Part shown: in pieces, positions 62,850 through 64,000 of the stretch
How the letters are laid out: each line of letters begins with the position of its first letter
How positions within the stretch are numbered: the stretch's first letter is position 1
DNA from: Selaginella moellendorffii
Taxonomy: Eukaryota; Plantae; Lycopodiophyta
Reading direction: 5' to 3'
Length of the DNA stretch: 64,000 nucleotides
NCBI RefSeq assembly: GCF_000143415.4
Contig: NW_003314299.1
Coordinates: 352,314 to 416,313, forward strand
Notes under the pieces: model-generated
Databases searched by the model: none
Told to the model about the DNA's origin: nothing
The model's input: only the letters and a program-made list of their open reading frames with translations
Program-made: the position numbers and the translations under genes

Positions 62850-63660
62850 AGATTATCATTTTCAACATGCATCAACATAAAGACTCTTGATTGTATGATG
62901 TGAACACGAGTAATGAGTTACACTTCGTTGCAAACCATCTCTCCAAGAAGAGAAAATGATTTACGTGTTTGATCCTTTGTCCCTAAAGACTCTCTTTTTA
63001 GTCTCATCTTTCACCAAACCTCAAACTTGCTTTCACACTGCTTTTAGTTTAATCCAAGAAAAGTTTATGAGAGAGCATAACAATGATTACTTGAACCAAT
63101 AGACTAACCCTTACAATCTTGATTGATCCACTTATAATCATGCTTAGGAAGGATCCACTAGTGCCATGCTATTTGCCACTTGTAGCAAACCTAGAGAGGT
63201 TTACTTTTACCCATGGTACATGGAATAATTCATGGAACCACCAATAGGCTAACATTAATCCTGCCAACTCAAAGTGTAATCTTAAGTTGCTAATGCGCCT
63301 CACTCATGAGCCCAAGCACAAACTTGTGCAAACGAAACAACTCAATCCTTCTTATGAGCTTAAGAGCGAGCTCATATAATACAATATAAAAAAGTAACCA
63401 AAATCCATACCTAAGGAATGAATGCAAAGCTTTTGCACCCAAATATGTACCCACTTAGATCATTGTTTTCATCTCTGCATATACAACAAGACTAATTGCC
63501 CAATCTCATTGGATAGTACTTGTTGAGATGTAGCCTCTAATACCAAATGTAACGTATGTGGTTTTTAACCTTTATCTTATGGTGATTTACCATAAGATAA
63601 CACGAAATAGAACCTAAACCCTCCATGTGCCACATGTCACATGCCATATGCCACATGCCA
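62850..63660 (-). mobile_element. Very decayed LTR element 5' end (LTR edge ~63548, PBS-like site, gag-like remnant)
   Basis: GCCTCTAATACCA-AA-TGTAAC resembles a reverse-complement tRNA-Met PBS next to an LTR end; KFVLGL gag-like stretch. Confidence 0.4.
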
Positions 63661-63663
63661 TGT

Positions 63664-64000
63664 TGTCAGACACAAAATCCCTAGGCCCCAAAGTGGAGCC
63701 GAAAGGGTGCCACGTGGTAGTGGCCGAAGCAAAAGCCAAACGAGAGTAACACGTTTGGACAAAAAGCTTTGACTTGAAAAGGTCGAGAGTGGGAGTGGAA
63801 CTCCCAACGAAGGGCTCGAGGAACAAGCATGAAGCGAGCAATGAGTGAGTCTCTAGAAAATGGACACAAGAGGACCTGAGATGGAGTCTGAGATGGATCC
63901 GAGATGGAGTCCAAGATGGACCCGAGGTGGAGTTCGAGATGGACCCGAGGTGGAGTCCGAGATGGAGTCCGAAATGGACCCGAGATGGACCTAAGATGGA
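63664..64000 (+). mobile_element. Family-A LTR 5' part, runs off the window
   Basis: TGTCAGACACAAAATCCCTAGGCCCCAAAG matches 57421; the array starts ~63880. Confidence 0.85.

Overview
Eukaryotic, repeat-dense plant DNA. The short 31-aa 'MP..d.VSWN' PPR repeats and the ~50-55 bp GT-AG introns point to a lycophyte such as Selaginella; this is an inference, not a database match. There are two 100-N assembly gaps. Most of the window is nested LTR retroelements: Ty3/gypsy chromoviruses with 1-1.7 kb LTRs carrying 11/12-mer arrays, one young near-intact Ty1/copia, and three TRIMs with clean TSDs. A Sola/DUF7869-type DDE DNA transposon sits inside a gypsy LTR. The host-gene content is one segment present three times (one inverted copy, two tandem). 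It links PPR pseudogenes to an intron-containing, multi-membrane nitrilase-fold gene resembling bacterial apolipoprotein N-acyltransferase (Lnt), which is unusual for a land plant. All three copies appear disrupted, each by different lesions. Other notable items: a divergent pair of tiny Gly/Cys-rich peptide genes, one with an in-frame UGA followed by a perfect 12-bp hairpin; a decayed, spliced beta-class amino (N6A/N4C) DNA-methyltransferase-like gene next to a Cys-rich domain of a type I associate with mobile elements; a SWIM-finger remnant; and an intact orphan secreted-protein ORF. Family assignments come from motif recognition by eye; no searches were run.
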